A DNA stretch of 64,000 bases from Patescibacteria group bacterium (GTDB taxonomy: Bacteria; Patescibacteriota; WWE3; UBA101185; UBA10185), in the NCBI GenBank assembly GCA_016926555.1, contig JAFGOI010000008.1:12821-76820 (forward strand), given 5' to 3'. Position 1 is the first letter of the stretch; each line of letters opens with the position of its first letter. Shown here piece by piece: positions 8,794 to 18,813 of this stretch. A program made the translations under genes and the position numbers. Below the pieces are notes generated by a model. It had not been told where the DNA came from. It did not search any database and saw only the letters and a list, made by a program, of their open reading frames with translations.

Positions 8794-9486
8794 TTATTTT
8801 TCTATTCCTGAAGTGCCAGCTACTGATCTAAATCTGTTAATCTGTTCAACAATAGAAGTACCCGTTTTAATTCCACTTTCATCAAGTTTTGTAGTTACAA
8901 CACTATCTACATAATCCAAAATACTTTTTAAATCCTTCTTCCTAATATACGTACTACCAACAGATCCTTCTTCGGGTAATTTGGTAAACTGAGTACTTTC
9001 AACTGCTCTCGTAGCAATGTCGGCTACTAGTTTAAACCTCTCTAAAAGAAGGTCGTCATCGCTAGACTGAAGTGCATCCTCAATACCTTCTTGAAGACTT
9101 GTTACTAAAAAATCAAGTGTTTCATCACTTACAGGACTTAAATTTATCCCATCAATTCTTTCTAATTCGGATTCCTCTTCAAAGCACGCCGTCAAGAAAT
9201 AAACTGATACATCAAATCTATCACTTGGTGTACTTAGTGATTCTTTTAATCTTTCTATAAAATCTTGAGCTTCTTGTTCTTCAGTGCTATGTTCCCCGAC
9301 TTCTCCTGCATATATGCCACTATCAGCTAATCTTAGAGCTATTGCCGCCCCCTCCGGGTCAAAAAATGCTCTTCCACCTACAGCTTCTATCACATTTTTT
9401 TGTACATCTTTCATTCTCTCTAGAAACTCGCCTTTTTGAGCTTCATCGCTATATGTAGGACCTGTAAATGTTAATCTTCTTGTCAT
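8794..9486 (-). CDS. Hypothetical acidic protein (230 aa).
   Basis: Long ORF in the expected orientation. No motif recognised. Confidence 0.45.
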   Translation of the reverse strand: MTRRLTFTGPTYSDEAQKGEFLERMKDVQKNVIEAVGGRAFFDPEGAAIALRLADSGIYAGEVGEHSTEEQEAQDFIERLKESLSTPSDRFDVSVYFLTACFEEESELERIDGINLSPVSDETLDFLVTSLQEGIEDALQSSDDDLLLERFKLVADIATRAVESTQFTKLPEEGSVGSTYIRKKDLKSILDYVDSVVTTKLDESGIKTGTSIVEQINRFRSVAGTSGIEK

Positions 9487-9544
9487 ATTTAAAATTATAC
9501 CATTCCTTGACCGATATAAAAATGTACAATAGTATGATTAAGAT

Positions 9545-9841
9545 ATGCCGGGAAATCATTCGAAAAATAAGGGGCGTCGTTTTGAGCAGGAATTAGTGAA
9601 TCTCTTTAAAGAAAAAGGCCATGATGCCCAAAGAATAAGTATGCTTGAAACAGGCAGAATATTAAAAGGGGATGTTGAAGTAGAAAAACTAGGGCAGGTA
9701 GAAGTGAAAGGCGGGTCACAGGTACCGGTTTTTCTTTACAAGGCAAGGAAAAAGGAAGAACATTGTCTCATTGTACGAAGGGATCGTGAGAAGTGGGTCA
9801 TATGTATGGATCTTGAAGAGTTTATCGAAAAATTCATGTAA
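9545..9841 (+). CDS. Small Hjc-like (archaeal Holliday-junction resolvase-like) PD-(D/E)XK nuclease-fold protein. Tentative.
   Basis: 98 aa. The N-terminus KGRRFEQELVNLFKEKGHDAQRI resembles the Hjc N-terminus (KGSxxEReLvxxLxxxGfxxxR). A downstream GDVEVEK may be the D..ExK motif. Confidence 0.35.
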   Translation: MPGNHSKNKGRRFEQELVNLFKEKGHDAQRISMLETGRILKGDVEVEKLGQVEVKGGSQVPVFLYKARKKEEHCLIVRRDREKWVICMDLEEFIEKFM

Positions 9842-9876
9842 TTATCTTTAACTAGCTTAAAATAAATTTTATCTTA

Positions 9877-11094
9877 ATGTATACTTTTATTATGCAATTT
9901 CCTGCTGATTTTTTATGGGGAACAGCAACTTCTGCATATCAAACAGAAGGTTACAACACCAATTCTGACTGGTGGTACTGGGAAAAGGGAAAATATCCAA
10001 AGTCAAAAAGAAAAGCGTTCATTGGCGAAACATCAGGTATGGCTTGTGATTCTTACAACAGATATGAAGAGGACTTTAATTTCGCAAAAAATATGAACAA
10101 CAACGCGATTAGGTTTTCTATTGAGTGGGCAAGAATTGAACCAAGAAAAGGTGAGTGGGACCAAACGGAAGTAGAGCACTATAAAAAGGTAATTAAAGCA
10201 GCAAAAGAACGCGGTTTAAAAACATTTGTTACATTACACCACTTTACAAAACCTATCTGGTTTTCAAAATTGGGAGGTTGGCTAAATCCATTCGCGCCTA
10301 AATGGTTCGCAAATTACGCGAAAAAATGCGCGGAGGAATACAGCGACTACATAGATTTTTTTATAACTCTTAACGAACCCCAAGTATATTCGTTGCAAGC
10401 ATATTGGAGAGCTACATGGACACCAAAAATCAAATGTAAATTATTCGCGCTAATATCTCAATTAACTCAAATTAAAGCTCATAAGAAAGCTTACACGGCA
10501 ATAAAATTTGTAGATAACTCAGCAAAGGTTGGTTTGTCTAAACATATAGTCAGATACGAGAGGGTCACAAATGACAGAGGAAAAGCGAGTATATGCACTA
10601 AACTAGTATGTAAAGTACTACATTATTTGACGACAAACTTCTTTTTAGATCCGATAAAAAAACACTTGGATTTCATAGGACTCAATTACTATTTCACTGC
10701 GTGGATGAAAAACTTCAAGGAAAAAAATCCCGAAATGGAATCAAGTGACCTGGGGTGGATACTTTACCCTGAGGGCCTAAAACATATTTTACTAAATCTA
10801 AAAAAATATAACTTGCCAATATACATAACTGAACATGGCCTGGCGGATGCTTGGGATCAAAAAAGACAATGGTATATCAATGAATCACTTAAATTTGTTT
10901 ATGAAGCAATGGAAAGCGGTGTTGATGTAAGAGGTTATTTACATTGGTCACTTATCGACAATTTCGAATGGCACATAGGATTTTGGCCTAAATTCGGATT
11001 AATTGAAATAGACAGAGAGCATAATCTCACAAGAAAACCAAGACCGTCATTCTATATGTACAGTCAAATATGCCGGACTGGAAAAGTAGAATAG
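9877..11094 (+). CDS. Glycoside hydrolase family 1 (beta-glucosidase/beta-galactosidase-like).
   Basis: FLWGTATSAYQTEG at the N-terminus, the TLNEP acid/base region, and the I/YITEHG nucleophile motif (YITEHGLAD). Confidence 0.85.
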   Translation: MYTFIMQFPADFLWGTATSAYQTEGYNTNSDWWYWEKGKYPKSKRKAFIGETSGMACDSYNRYEEDFNFAKNMNNNAIRFSIEWARIEPRKGEWDQTEVEHYKKVIKAAKERGLKTFVTLHHFTKPIWFSKLGGWLNPFAPKWFANYAKKCAEEYSDYIDFFITLNEPQVYSLQAYWRATWTPKIKCKLFALISQLTQIKAHKKAYTAIKFVDNSAKVGLSKHIVRYERVTNDRGKASICTKLVCKVLHYLTTNFFLDPIKKHLDFIGLNYYFTAWMKNFKEKNPEMESSDLGWILYPEGLKHILLNLKKYNLPIYITEHGLADAWDQKRQWYINESLKFVYEAMESGVDVRGYLHWSLIDNFEWHIGFWPKFGLIEIDREHNLTRKPRPSFYMYSQICRTGKVE

Positions 11095-11107
11095 AGGAAC
11101 TCAAAAA

Positions 11108-12175
11108 GTGAAAAACTTTATTTCAAGAGAACTAAGAAATGCAAAATACTTCCTGGCAAAACTTTTAGGTATAAGAATAATCCGCGTAATCCTAGTTTTA
11201 ATCTTTATAGCCATGATAACTCCACTAATTGTGTTTTTCTTCCTCAGACCCAAGCCGCATCCTAATATTGAGTACGGCATCACTTTTAGTAATAAATATG
11301 CTTCGGAACTGGGTTTAGACTGGAAGGACACTTATTTGGGGATTTTGGATAATCTTAAAGTAAAAAATCTGCGATTGGTTGCGTATTGGGATGAGATTGA
11401 AGAAATTCAAGGTAATTTTGATTATTCGATAATCAAATGGCAGCTTGATGAAGCTGAAAAAAGGAATTTAAATGTGATTCTCACTGTAGGTAGAAAAGTG
11501 CCCAGATTCCCCGAATGCTTCGAACCAAACTGGTGGAAAGAAATACAAGATGAAGATACAAGAGATCAGAAATTATACAAATACATCGAACAAAGTATAA
11601 ATGAGCTAAAAAACTACAAGTCAATAAAGATGTGGCAAATAGAAAACGAACCATTTTTTCCCTTTGGTGAGTGCTTAAAAATAAGAAAAGAAACTGTTAT
11701 GAAAGAAGTCGAAATCACCAAGTCATTAGATAGCAGACCTATACTTATTCAAGACAGCGGAGAAGGCGGGTTTTGGTTCCCCAGTTACCAAATGGCCGAC
11801 TATCTTGCTATATCTATGTATAGAAAGATCTGGTATGACTTCTGGGGAGCATTTCTAGGAAACTTTATATATTTCAAATACCCTTTGGCGCACTGGTCGT
11901 ACAAAATAAAAGCCGATTTTGTCGGCGTACCCTTTCAAAAAATAATCGTAACAGAATTACAAGCGGAACCGTGGGGGCCCGGAATCAATTCAAAGCTTAC
12001 TGAAGATGAAAAAAATCATACTATGTCCAGAAACGATTTCTTAGCCACAATTTCATACGCTCAAAAGGCCGGTTTTAAGTATCTATATATGTGGGGAGTA
12101 GAGTGGTGGTACTGGGAAAAGGAACAAAATAATAATCCTTTCTACTGGGATACGGTAAAGTCTCTGATAAACTAA
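11108..12175 (+). CDS. Membrane-anchored glycoside hydrolase, clan GH-A (GH5/cellulase-like).
   Basis: GTG start. An N-terminal transmembrane segment, then a TIM-barrel-like region with the QIENEP catalytic acid/base motif. Confidence 0.6.
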   Translation: MKNFISRELRNAKYFLAKLLGIRIIRVILVLIFIAMITPLIVFFFLRPKPHPNIEYGITFSNKYASELGLDWKDTYLGILDNLKVKNLRLVAYWDEIEEIQGNFDYSIIKWQLDEAEKRNLNVILTVGRKVPRFPECFEPNWWKEIQDEDTRDQKLYKYIEQSINELKNYKSIKMWQIENEPFFPFGECLKIRKETVMKEVEITKSLDSRPILIQDSGEGGFWFPSYQMADYLAISMYRKIWYDFWGAFLGNFIYFKYPLAHWSYKIKADFVGVPFQKIIVTELQAEPWGPGINSKLTEDEKNHTMSRNDFLATISYAQKAGFKYLYMWGVEWWYWEKEQNNNPFYWDTVKSLIN

Positions 12176-13011
12176 CCGGACTTTGATCTTTTTATCAAAG
12201 ACAAGGCGCCATATAAACCCGCGTCATCTCCAAATTTGGATTTCACAATAGGGGGAATCTTTACGAATTCAGTTTTTTTAAGATTTTCCATCAGGTGAGG
12301 ATAAAAATTATCGAATTGGTTGTAACCAAGCCCCCCGCCTAATATAACAATATCAGGACTCCACATATTAATTACATTGTGTATACCGATCGCTAAATAC
12401 GACGCGTATTCTTCCCAGAGGTTTATATCCTCACATTTTTCCGAATCAACACCGTAATTATCTTCAAAAAAATATCCGGAAGCGTAAACTTCAAAATCAC
12501 CTTTTATACCTGAATTCGTATTTAGCTTTCCATCTTTTACTATAATATGATGTCCGGGTTCAAAGCATCCCGAATTATCTATCTTTTTATCAATGATTCT
12601 CGCACCGCCTATTCCCGTGCTAATTGTTAAATAAGTAACCACACTATAATTTTTTCCCGCTCCATTTTGCGCTTCAGCCAAACCCGCCACAGTGGCATCA
12701 TTTTCGACAAAAATTCTGGAAAGATCATATTTATTGTCAAAAAGTTCAGTGAATTTTTTACCGTCAAGAGAAGAATAATTCGGCATTTTTACAAATTTTT
12801 TGGAACTTTTATTTATCATTCCGTGTATTCCCATTCCTATAAAACTCACCTCAAGATTATTAGACACATCCTTTATAGCCTCATTTAGAAAACTTTTCTG
12901 TTCTTCTAAATTCATGGATGTTCTAAATTTTCTTATGTTATTAAATGAATTTAAATCTAATGAAGACGCAACTCTTGTATTTGTATTGCCAAAATCTATA
13001 GAAATGTACAT
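12172..13011 (-). CDS. ROK-family sugar kinase (glucokinase-like).
   Basis: MYISIDFGNTNTRVA N-terminal ATPase motif, LTISTGIGGARI, and ILGGGLG. The start was chosen at the second Met (13011) rather than the track start at 13050. Confidence 0.65.
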   Translation of the reverse strand: MYISIDFGNTNTRVASSLDLNSFNNIRKFRTSMNLEEQKSFLNEAIKDVSNNLEVSFIGMGIHGMINKSSKKFVKMPNYSSLDGKKFTELFDNKYDLSRIFVENDATVAGLAEAQNGAGKNYSVVTYLTISTGIGGARIIDKKIDNSGCFEPGHHIIVKDGKLNTNSGIKGDFEVYASGYFFEDNYGVDSEKCEDINLWEEYASYLAIGIHNVINMWSPDIVILGGGLGYNQFDNFYPHLMENLKKTEFVKIPPIVKSKFGDDAGLYGALSLIKRSKSG

Positions 13012-13061
13012 CGGCACAAAAATAATACAATTAAAAGTGCGAAAATACAAAATTTTTCATT

Positions 13062-13709
13062 ATGGAAGTAAACTCAATTAAAATGTATCATGTTTTTATG
13101 AAACTTAAATCCAAAAGGGCATTCGCGGAATTGGCGGAAGTCTTGAAAAATCCCGAAGAGGGCGGACCGGAAATTGCGTACTGGGTTTTTGAAGATATAT
13201 CAAGCAGCAAATGGAAGAATCTCACATTAATAACCCCGGGAAGATATGGAGACGAGTACCCAAAAACTTACGGGCACTACCACACATCAGAACAAATGTT
13301 TGAATCCAGCAAGTTAATAAGCGGAGAGGGAATATTTCTGTTACAAAAAAAGTTTTACGATAGAAACGGAAACTGGATACAGAATCGCGTAGAATCGGTA
13401 TATTTCATTCAAGCCATGCCCGGTGATGAAATGGTGTATATCCCAAGAGAATTTGCTCATTCCTGGTCAAATGTAGGCAATTTGCCATTAATAACCTACG
13501 ATGACTGGATAGAAACAGGTCAACCGACTCATACATACGCTGAAATTAGAAATCTAAAAGGAATGGCGTATTATTTAGTGGAAAATCCAAATGGACAAAT
13601 AGATTACGTATCAAATTTAAATTATATAGATAATCCGGAACCAAAGTGGGTTACTCCGGAGGAATTCAACTACCTGACCCAGAATAAATACCATGAAAAA
13701 AAACAATAA
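13062..13709 (+). CDS. Cupin-type glucose-6-phosphate isomerase (archaeal-type cPGI).
   Basis: Metal-binding TYGHYHTSEQMFE (the GHxH...E motif of Pyrococcus-type PGI), VYIPREFAHSWSNVGN, and a C-terminal YIDNPEPKW all align to the cPGI pattern. Confidence 0.75.
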   Translation: MEVNSIKMYHVFMKLKSKRAFAELAEVLKNPEEGGPEIAYWVFEDISSSKWKNLTLITPGRYGDEYPKTYGHYHTSEQMFESSKLISGEGIFLLQKKFYDRNGNWIQNRVESVYFIQAMPGDEMVYIPREFAHSWSNVGNLPLITYDDWIETGQPTHTYAEIRNLKGMAYYLVENPNGQIDYVSNLNYIDNPEPKWVTPEEFNYLTQNKYHEKKQ

Positions 13710-14421
13710 ACTTTTTTTTCTATTGTTACTTCCCGTAATAATTGTTCTTGTCGTGCTTTTAATTAACAACAATGAAGTAAATACTGTACCTATTGAAAGC
13801 AGTATCCAAAGACAGGCACAAATCTTAGAAGATAATGTACAAAGTGAATCTTCAGAGTCGGTTGCACCTGAAGACAATAAAGGAGAAACTAACATGCCAG
13901 AAGAAGATAATAAAACACCTGATGAAAAGGACACAAAGACTCGGGAAAAGGTTTATGTCGTGTTAAATACATCCGCGGGCCCAATAAAATTGGAACTTAA
14001 CGCAGATGAAACGCCAAAGACCGTAGAAAATTTCATTACTCTTTCAAGAAAAGGCTTTTACAACGGAACAATTTTCCACAGAGTTATTGAAGACTTTATG
14101 ATACAGGGGGGAGATCCAAAAGGAGATGGCACCGGCGGGCCGGGTTATACAATCGAGGACGAGACATTTACTGGTGACTATACAAGGGGAACACTCGCGA
14201 TGGCTAGAACATCCGCGCCAAACAGCGCGGGCAGCCAGTTTTTTATAATGCACAAAGATTATACACTGCCTAAGCAGTACGTGATATTCGGCAAGGTTAT
14301 TGAGGGTATTGAAGTTGTGGATCAAATAGCTACAGCTCCTGTTGAACGAAGTTTAAACGGCGAGATGAGCAAACCCATTAATCCCGTGACAATCGATAGT
14401 ATCGAAGTAATACAGAGCTAA
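13693..14421 (+). CDS. Peptidyl-prolyl cis-trans isomerase, cyclophilin type, with an N-terminal membrane anchor.
   Basis: FHRVIEDFMIQGGDP...GTGGPGY...FFIM cyclophilin signature. Confidence 0.85.
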   Translation: MKKNNKLFFLLLLPVIIVLVVLLINNNEVNTVPIESSIQRQAQILEDNVQSESSESVAPEDNKGETNMPEEDNKTPDEKDTKTREKVYVVLNTSAGPIKLELNADETPKTVENFITLSRKGFYNGTIFHRVIEDFMIQGGDPKGDGTGGPGYTIEDETFTGDYTRGTLAMARTSAPNSAGSQFFIMHKDYTLPKQYVIFGKVIEGIEVVDQIATAPVERSLNGEMSKPINPVTIDSIEVIQS

Positions 14422-16256
14422 TTTAGAAATCTACCAAAAGGCGTGTCAGACTCTTTTTCTTCAGGTACTGTCGGTATCGGTGTCGTACTGACATCTTCAG
14501 GCACTTCTACACTTAGAGGACTATACATTGACCAATCTATTTCCTCAATCCCATAACCTTTAAGAAGTTCATTGGCTTCGGCTTCGCTATAATATTCCTC
14601 ACTTTCCTCGGATTTATCGTCGATAACAGTCATCAATATCGGTTTTAAGGGGTCATCGCTAAGAGGATCATACCCGTATATTACCACTACTTCCTCATTT
14701 GGTACTTTCGTAAAACCTATATACTCATCCGGAGGAACTGATGAATACTCCTCAAGGTCTGCATAAGTCTCTGGCGGTGTATTGTTCTCAATCCATTTCA
14801 AAAGAATAGAGATTTTCACATTATAGTGATCCATCATAAATTGCTGATGCTTAGCCTGTGACCCCATATCTAGCAGATACCCCATACCAAAAGCCGACAA
14901 CAAGTCTTCTACCCAAGATTCAATGTCAACGTATTCTTCCGGCGCAACTATTCCGAAATTACTTCCAAAATCAGAAAACTTAATTACAAATGTCAGGTCT
15001 ACTGGCTCTGTAGTTGTACTATCTCCTAGGACCATCGGTAACACTTCGGACCCGCCCATACTTGAAGTAGATTTACTTAAAGCTTCACCATCAAGTCTTA
15101 CTATTATGCTTGTCTTTCTCATGTAATAATCTTTTTTATCCACCCACAAATTAATCGATAAACTTTCTACGACATCGACATCATCTAAATCAAAATCGTA
15201 AGTACTAAAATCAGTGCCATTTAGAGAGTCTCTTTTTTCAGATTCACTCATTTCATCGTACACTTGTTGTAGTTCTTCACCCAGTTTTCTGTAAAGATCT
15301 TTAATTTCCTCTCCCTCCATACGCACGCTCAACTTATATGTTTTAAAACCGTCTACTTCTTCAGTAGTTTGTGTAAACTTAGGTACGATTTCGTCACGCA
15401 CAAACTCTCTAAAAACCGTTATTTCCGGCTTTTCGGGCGTTTCTTCAGTTTCTTTAAACTCATCCAAGGTATCTCTTGCTTCCGATTCAAAGGGAGATAT
15501 ATCCTGCTGTACCCATACACCGAGCAGATCATCAAATGCCTCTCCGCTAGTCACACCAAAAAAAGACTTTATTAGTGTAGGTAGAGTATTAACCTTGAAA
15601 TAAAGAAAGTTATCCAATACCCGCAATTCCATATCTAACTGGTTAGTAACATTAATGTTTAATGACATTTTCATATTCTCTTCATCTCGTAAATCTATCG
15701 GTCCTTTTACGCTCATATCGAAATCTGTCATTCCTATGACATCTTGTAATCCAGCAGCTGATGTAGCAAAAGAGGCATCTAGATACACAGATTTCAGATT
15801 CTTATGTGCTTCGGCCATAGACTTAAAGATATATGACTTAGTTTTAGGCAAAAATGGCACTTTCATTACAATATCTGTTATTGCGTTTTTGACTTCTTCG
15901 TTTTTCATTGGGATTATTTCATACGCAATTAACGCCAATACCGTTCCCACAGTTAGAATAAAAAATATTACCACAAATAACATCACACCAAGAACAGATA
16001 TAGTTTTCCTGCCTTTATCATCTTTTTGGGTAGGTAATGGATCTAATGGAGATGGTATCTGGACCTTCGGCTCTTGGGAAACCTCCTGCGGGCTCTCTTT
16101 TTTTTCTACTTCGCCTTTTCCCGGAGTAGTTTGTTCGACTCGCTCTTCTTGCGGAGATGCACTGGGTACAGCACTTTTTATGTTATCATCTAACGGTTTC
16201 TGCACTGGAACTTGTTTACTATTTTGTATATTATTTTGGGCAGAAGTTTCATCCAT
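14418..16256 (-). CDS. Hypothetical single-pass membrane protein with a large acidic extracytoplasmic domain (612 aa).
   Basis: A transmembrane segment ISVLGVMLFVVIFFILTVGTVLALIAY follows a Pro/Glu-rich N-terminus. No catalytic motif recognised. Confidence 0.5.
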   Translation of the reverse strand: MDETSAQNNIQNSKQVPVQKPLDDNIKSAVPSASPQEERVEQTTPGKGEVEKKESPQEVSQEPKVQIPSPLDPLPTQKDDKGRKTISVLGVMLFVVIFFILTVGTVLALIAYEIIPMKNEEVKNAITDIVMKVPFLPKTKSYIFKSMAEAHKNLKSVYLDASFATSAAGLQDVIGMTDFDMSVKGPIDLRDEENMKMSLNINVTNQLDMELRVLDNFLYFKVNTLPTLIKSFFGVTSGEAFDDLLGVWVQQDISPFESEARDTLDEFKETEETPEKPEITVFREFVRDEIVPKFTQTTEEVDGFKTYKLSVRMEGEEIKDLYRKLGEELQQVYDEMSESEKRDSLNGTDFSTYDFDLDDVDVVESLSINLWVDKKDYYMRKTSIIVRLDGEALSKSTSSMGGSEVLPMVLGDSTTTEPVDLTFVIKFSDFGSNFGIVAPEEYVDIESWVEDLLSAFGMGYLLDMGSQAKHQQFMMDHYNVKISILLKWIENNTPPETYADLEEYSSVPPDEYIGFTKVPNEEVVVIYGYDPLSDDPLKPILMTVIDDKSEESEEYYSEAEANELLKGYGIEEIDWSMYSPLSVEVPEDVSTTPIPTVPEEKESDTPFGRFLN

Positions 16257-16300
16257 ACATTAATGATACCAAAAAAAAATTTTGTTGTATTATATATATT

Positions 16301-17005
16301 ATGAAAAAGAAACACTTAATTCTAATAATACTATTAATCTTGCCCCTGTTTGTCACAGCCTGTAAGAAAAATCAAACCACACAAGAAGTAGAAGATACTA
16401 CTCCCAAAGCAAGTGATACAACGGAAACTACTTCAGGAAAAATTAAAGGATCTATCTTGGATCTTTTGAGTGTGGGCAAAAACTACAAATGCACATATTC
16501 AAAGACAGATGAAAACTTTTCTTTCGAGGGAGTAAGTTATATAGCGGGAGATAAAGTAAGAAGCGACACAAAAATGACATTAATAGCAGAAAATGAGGAT
16601 GAGGATAATGAAGAAATGGAATTTGAATCCCATTCCCTAGTAAAAAACAAGGTCGCGTACACTTGGGGATCCATGATGGAAAAGGGTGTGAAAATTGACC
16701 TAAACGAAATCGAAGACAAAACAGATCAGGAATTACCAGATACCCCAAATGGTGAAGCCGTTAAAAACATGCGGGAGGAATTTGAGTATGATTGTAATCC
16801 TTGGGTTGTCGACAATTCAAAGTTTGATGTCCCAACAGACGTTGAATTTGTAGATATGAATGAAATGCTAGACACAATGACGGAAGTCAATGAGGACATG
16901 CAGGAAGGTATGGAAACCATGAAAGAGGCAGCCTGTAAGGCGTGCAACTCTCTTCCTGATGCCGCTGCAAAAGCGGATTGCCTAGCAGATCTTGAGTGTA
17001 ACTAA
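16301..17005 (+). CDS. Hypothetical acidic lipoprotein.
   Basis: Start taken at MKKKHLILIILLILPLFVTAC (lipobox-like FVTAC) instead of the track start at 16157. Confidence 0.45.
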   Translation: MKKKHLILIILLILPLFVTACKKNQTTQEVEDTTPKASDTTETTSGKIKGSILDLLSVGKNYKCTYSKTDENFSFEGVSYIAGDKVRSDTKMTLIAENEDEDNEEMEFESHSLVKNKVAYTWGSMMEKGVKIDLNEIEDKTDQELPDTPNGEAVKNMREEFEYDCNPWVVDNSKFDVPTDVEFVDMNEMLDTMTEVNEDMQEGMETMKEAACKACNSLPDAAAKADCLADLECN

Positions 17006-17046
17006 CTGATTGAGGTAATTTTAGAAAAAAGTACAAAATTTATATG

Positions 17047-18813
17047 CTATAGGACCTTTTGCATATAAAGACCGTTTTCTTTGTAACCTATATTTCTGTA
17101 GTATTCTTTTGTGCCAACTGCGGATATAATTGATATTCTACTAAAGCCGTGTTTTCTGGATATTTTTTCAGCCTTTTCAATAAGATTCCTTCCCAACCCC
17201 ATATGCTGAGCTACAGCATTTTCCTCAGAGCCTATTCTTATACTTCTGCCGTAAATATGTACTTCTCTAATTATCGCCGAATTATCTAGTTCCGACATGA
17301 ATGGCTTCTTATGCGGTAGAGACAAACGAAGGAAGCCTAATATAATATCACTCTCGCAGATATACTCTATAAAATACTCCGTAGACACATCAGTTTTGTA
17401 TTCTGTGATCTTAAAACTCGATTTTCTTACATTTACGTCCTTGTTTCTTATTTCTCTAAACCTTATCTCTTTTGGCTTCTTATTTTCCCTAAGGAGTTCT
17501 TTTTCCACAATCTGTCTAAAATTTGTTTTCTTGTTTCCAGCAACTATATCGTCTGACGAGATGTCACGCACAACCCGAGTTATCCTGCAATACCGCGGTG
17601 TCGCCATTATTACACTTTTCAAAACCTTAAGAAGTTCTTGTTCAGAATAAGGCTTCCACTTACCTTTTTTGTAATAATCCATGAGTTTTGTCCCATTTAT
17701 AAGCGAGCAGGGATATATTTTTAATTCATCAGGTTTTAGACACTTGTCACTAAATAGTTTTTTAAAGTCTTTAATATCTTTTTCCACATTGGAGCCTAAT
17801 AAGTTAGGCATCCAGTGGGCGTGTATTTTGAAACCTGCCTGTCTGATTAATGAGAACGCTGCCTTTGTTTGTTCTGAAGTATGTCCTCTTTTATTAAGCT
17901 TTAAAATTTCGTCATCCAAACTTTGTACTCCAACTTGAATTTTTGTACCTCCCAGTCTTCTTATTCTTTTCAACTCTTCTTCTGTGACAAAATCTGGTCT
18001 TGTCTCTACAACTAGACCTACACACCGCGTTTTTGATTTTTCGTTTATTTTCTGCGATTTTGACAATTCTTCCCATATGGACCTCTCCTTTTCATTTCTT
18101 TTCAATATTTTTGAAATCTTGCTACTATAATCACTTGTTGCTCCCTCTTCTACCTCTTCTTCGTTATAGGGCATTTCAACATCGACCTCTTTTTTATCTG
18201 AAATAATATCTGGGTTAAAATCATTCATAGCATCGAAACATCTTTTTACGAACCATATTTGATATTCTTCCGGATACACCGTCCATGTCCCGCCTAAGAT
18301 TATCAACTCAACTTTATCCGTAGGATGGCCGATATCATTGTAAGTAACGAGACGGTTGTATGTTTGGAGATACGGATCGAATTTGTTCGCTTCAGCCCTT
18401 TGAGCGCCAGGTTCATCCCTCAGATAGCTTTTGGGCATACTCAAATCACCCGGGCAATAAATACATTCACCCGGGCACGGGTAGGGTTTTGTCAAAACAG
18501 TAACAGGAGTAACGCCAGATATAGTTCGAGTTTTCTTTAAACGTAGTACTTTTAATAATTTTTTCTCTTCGGATTCCGTTAAATTCAACTTGTTCACAGA
18601 TTTCAATTTTCTATATTCTGATAGCACTTTACTCTTCTTAAACACTCTCTTTGTTTCAGAAGTGTATTTCAAAAATATTTTGTGGACAGATTTCTCTGTT
18701 ACTTCGACTAAATCAAGAATCTCTAATATTATTTTCTGTATACTCTCGCGATTTTTCACAGGGGAATTATAAATTAAATATGTAATATAATCACATTGTG
18801 AAACCGGAAACAT
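17047..18813 (-). CDS. Elp3-like radical SAM plus GNAT acetyltransferase (tRNA wobble-uridine modification family).
   Basis: Radical SAM cluster motif CPGECIYCPG, a central VGVQSLDDEIL region and a C-terminal GNAT-like segment, in the Elp3 domain order. Confidence 0.7.
   Translation of the reverse strand: MFPVSQCDYITYLIYNSPVKNRESIQKIILEILDLVEVTEKSVHKIFLKYTSETKRVFKKSKVLSEYRKLKSVNKLNLTESEEKKLLKVLRLKKTRTISGVTPVTVLTKPYPCPGECIYCPGDLSMPKSYLRDEPGAQRAEANKFDPYLQTYNRLVTYNDIGHPTDKVELIILGGTWTVYPEEYQIWFVKRCFDAMNDFNPDIISDKKEVDVEMPYNEEEVEEGATSDYSSKISKILKRNEKERSIWEELSKSQKINEKSKTRCVGLVVETRPDFVTEEELKRIRRLGGTKIQVGVQSLDDEILKLNKRGHTSEQTKAAFSLIRQAGFKIHAHWMPNLLGSNVEKDIKDFKKLFSDKCLKPDELKIYPCSLINGTKLMDYYKKGKWKPYSEQELLKVLKSVIMATPRYCRITRVVRDISSDDIVAGNKKTNFRQIVEKELLRENKKPKEIRFREIRNKDVNVRKSSFKITEYKTDVSTEYFIEYICESDIILGFLRLSLPHKKPFMSELDNSAIIREVHIYGRSIRIGSEENAVAQHMGLGRNLIEKAEKISRKHGFSRISIISAVGTKEYYRNIGYKENGLYMQKVL

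Noticed and set aside
15655-16263. 202-aa ORF antisense to the 612-aa gene, and the 16157 start for the lipoprotein.
   Set aside because: It is antisense to a long gene. The lipoprotein start was moved to 16301, where a signal peptide and lipobox begin.
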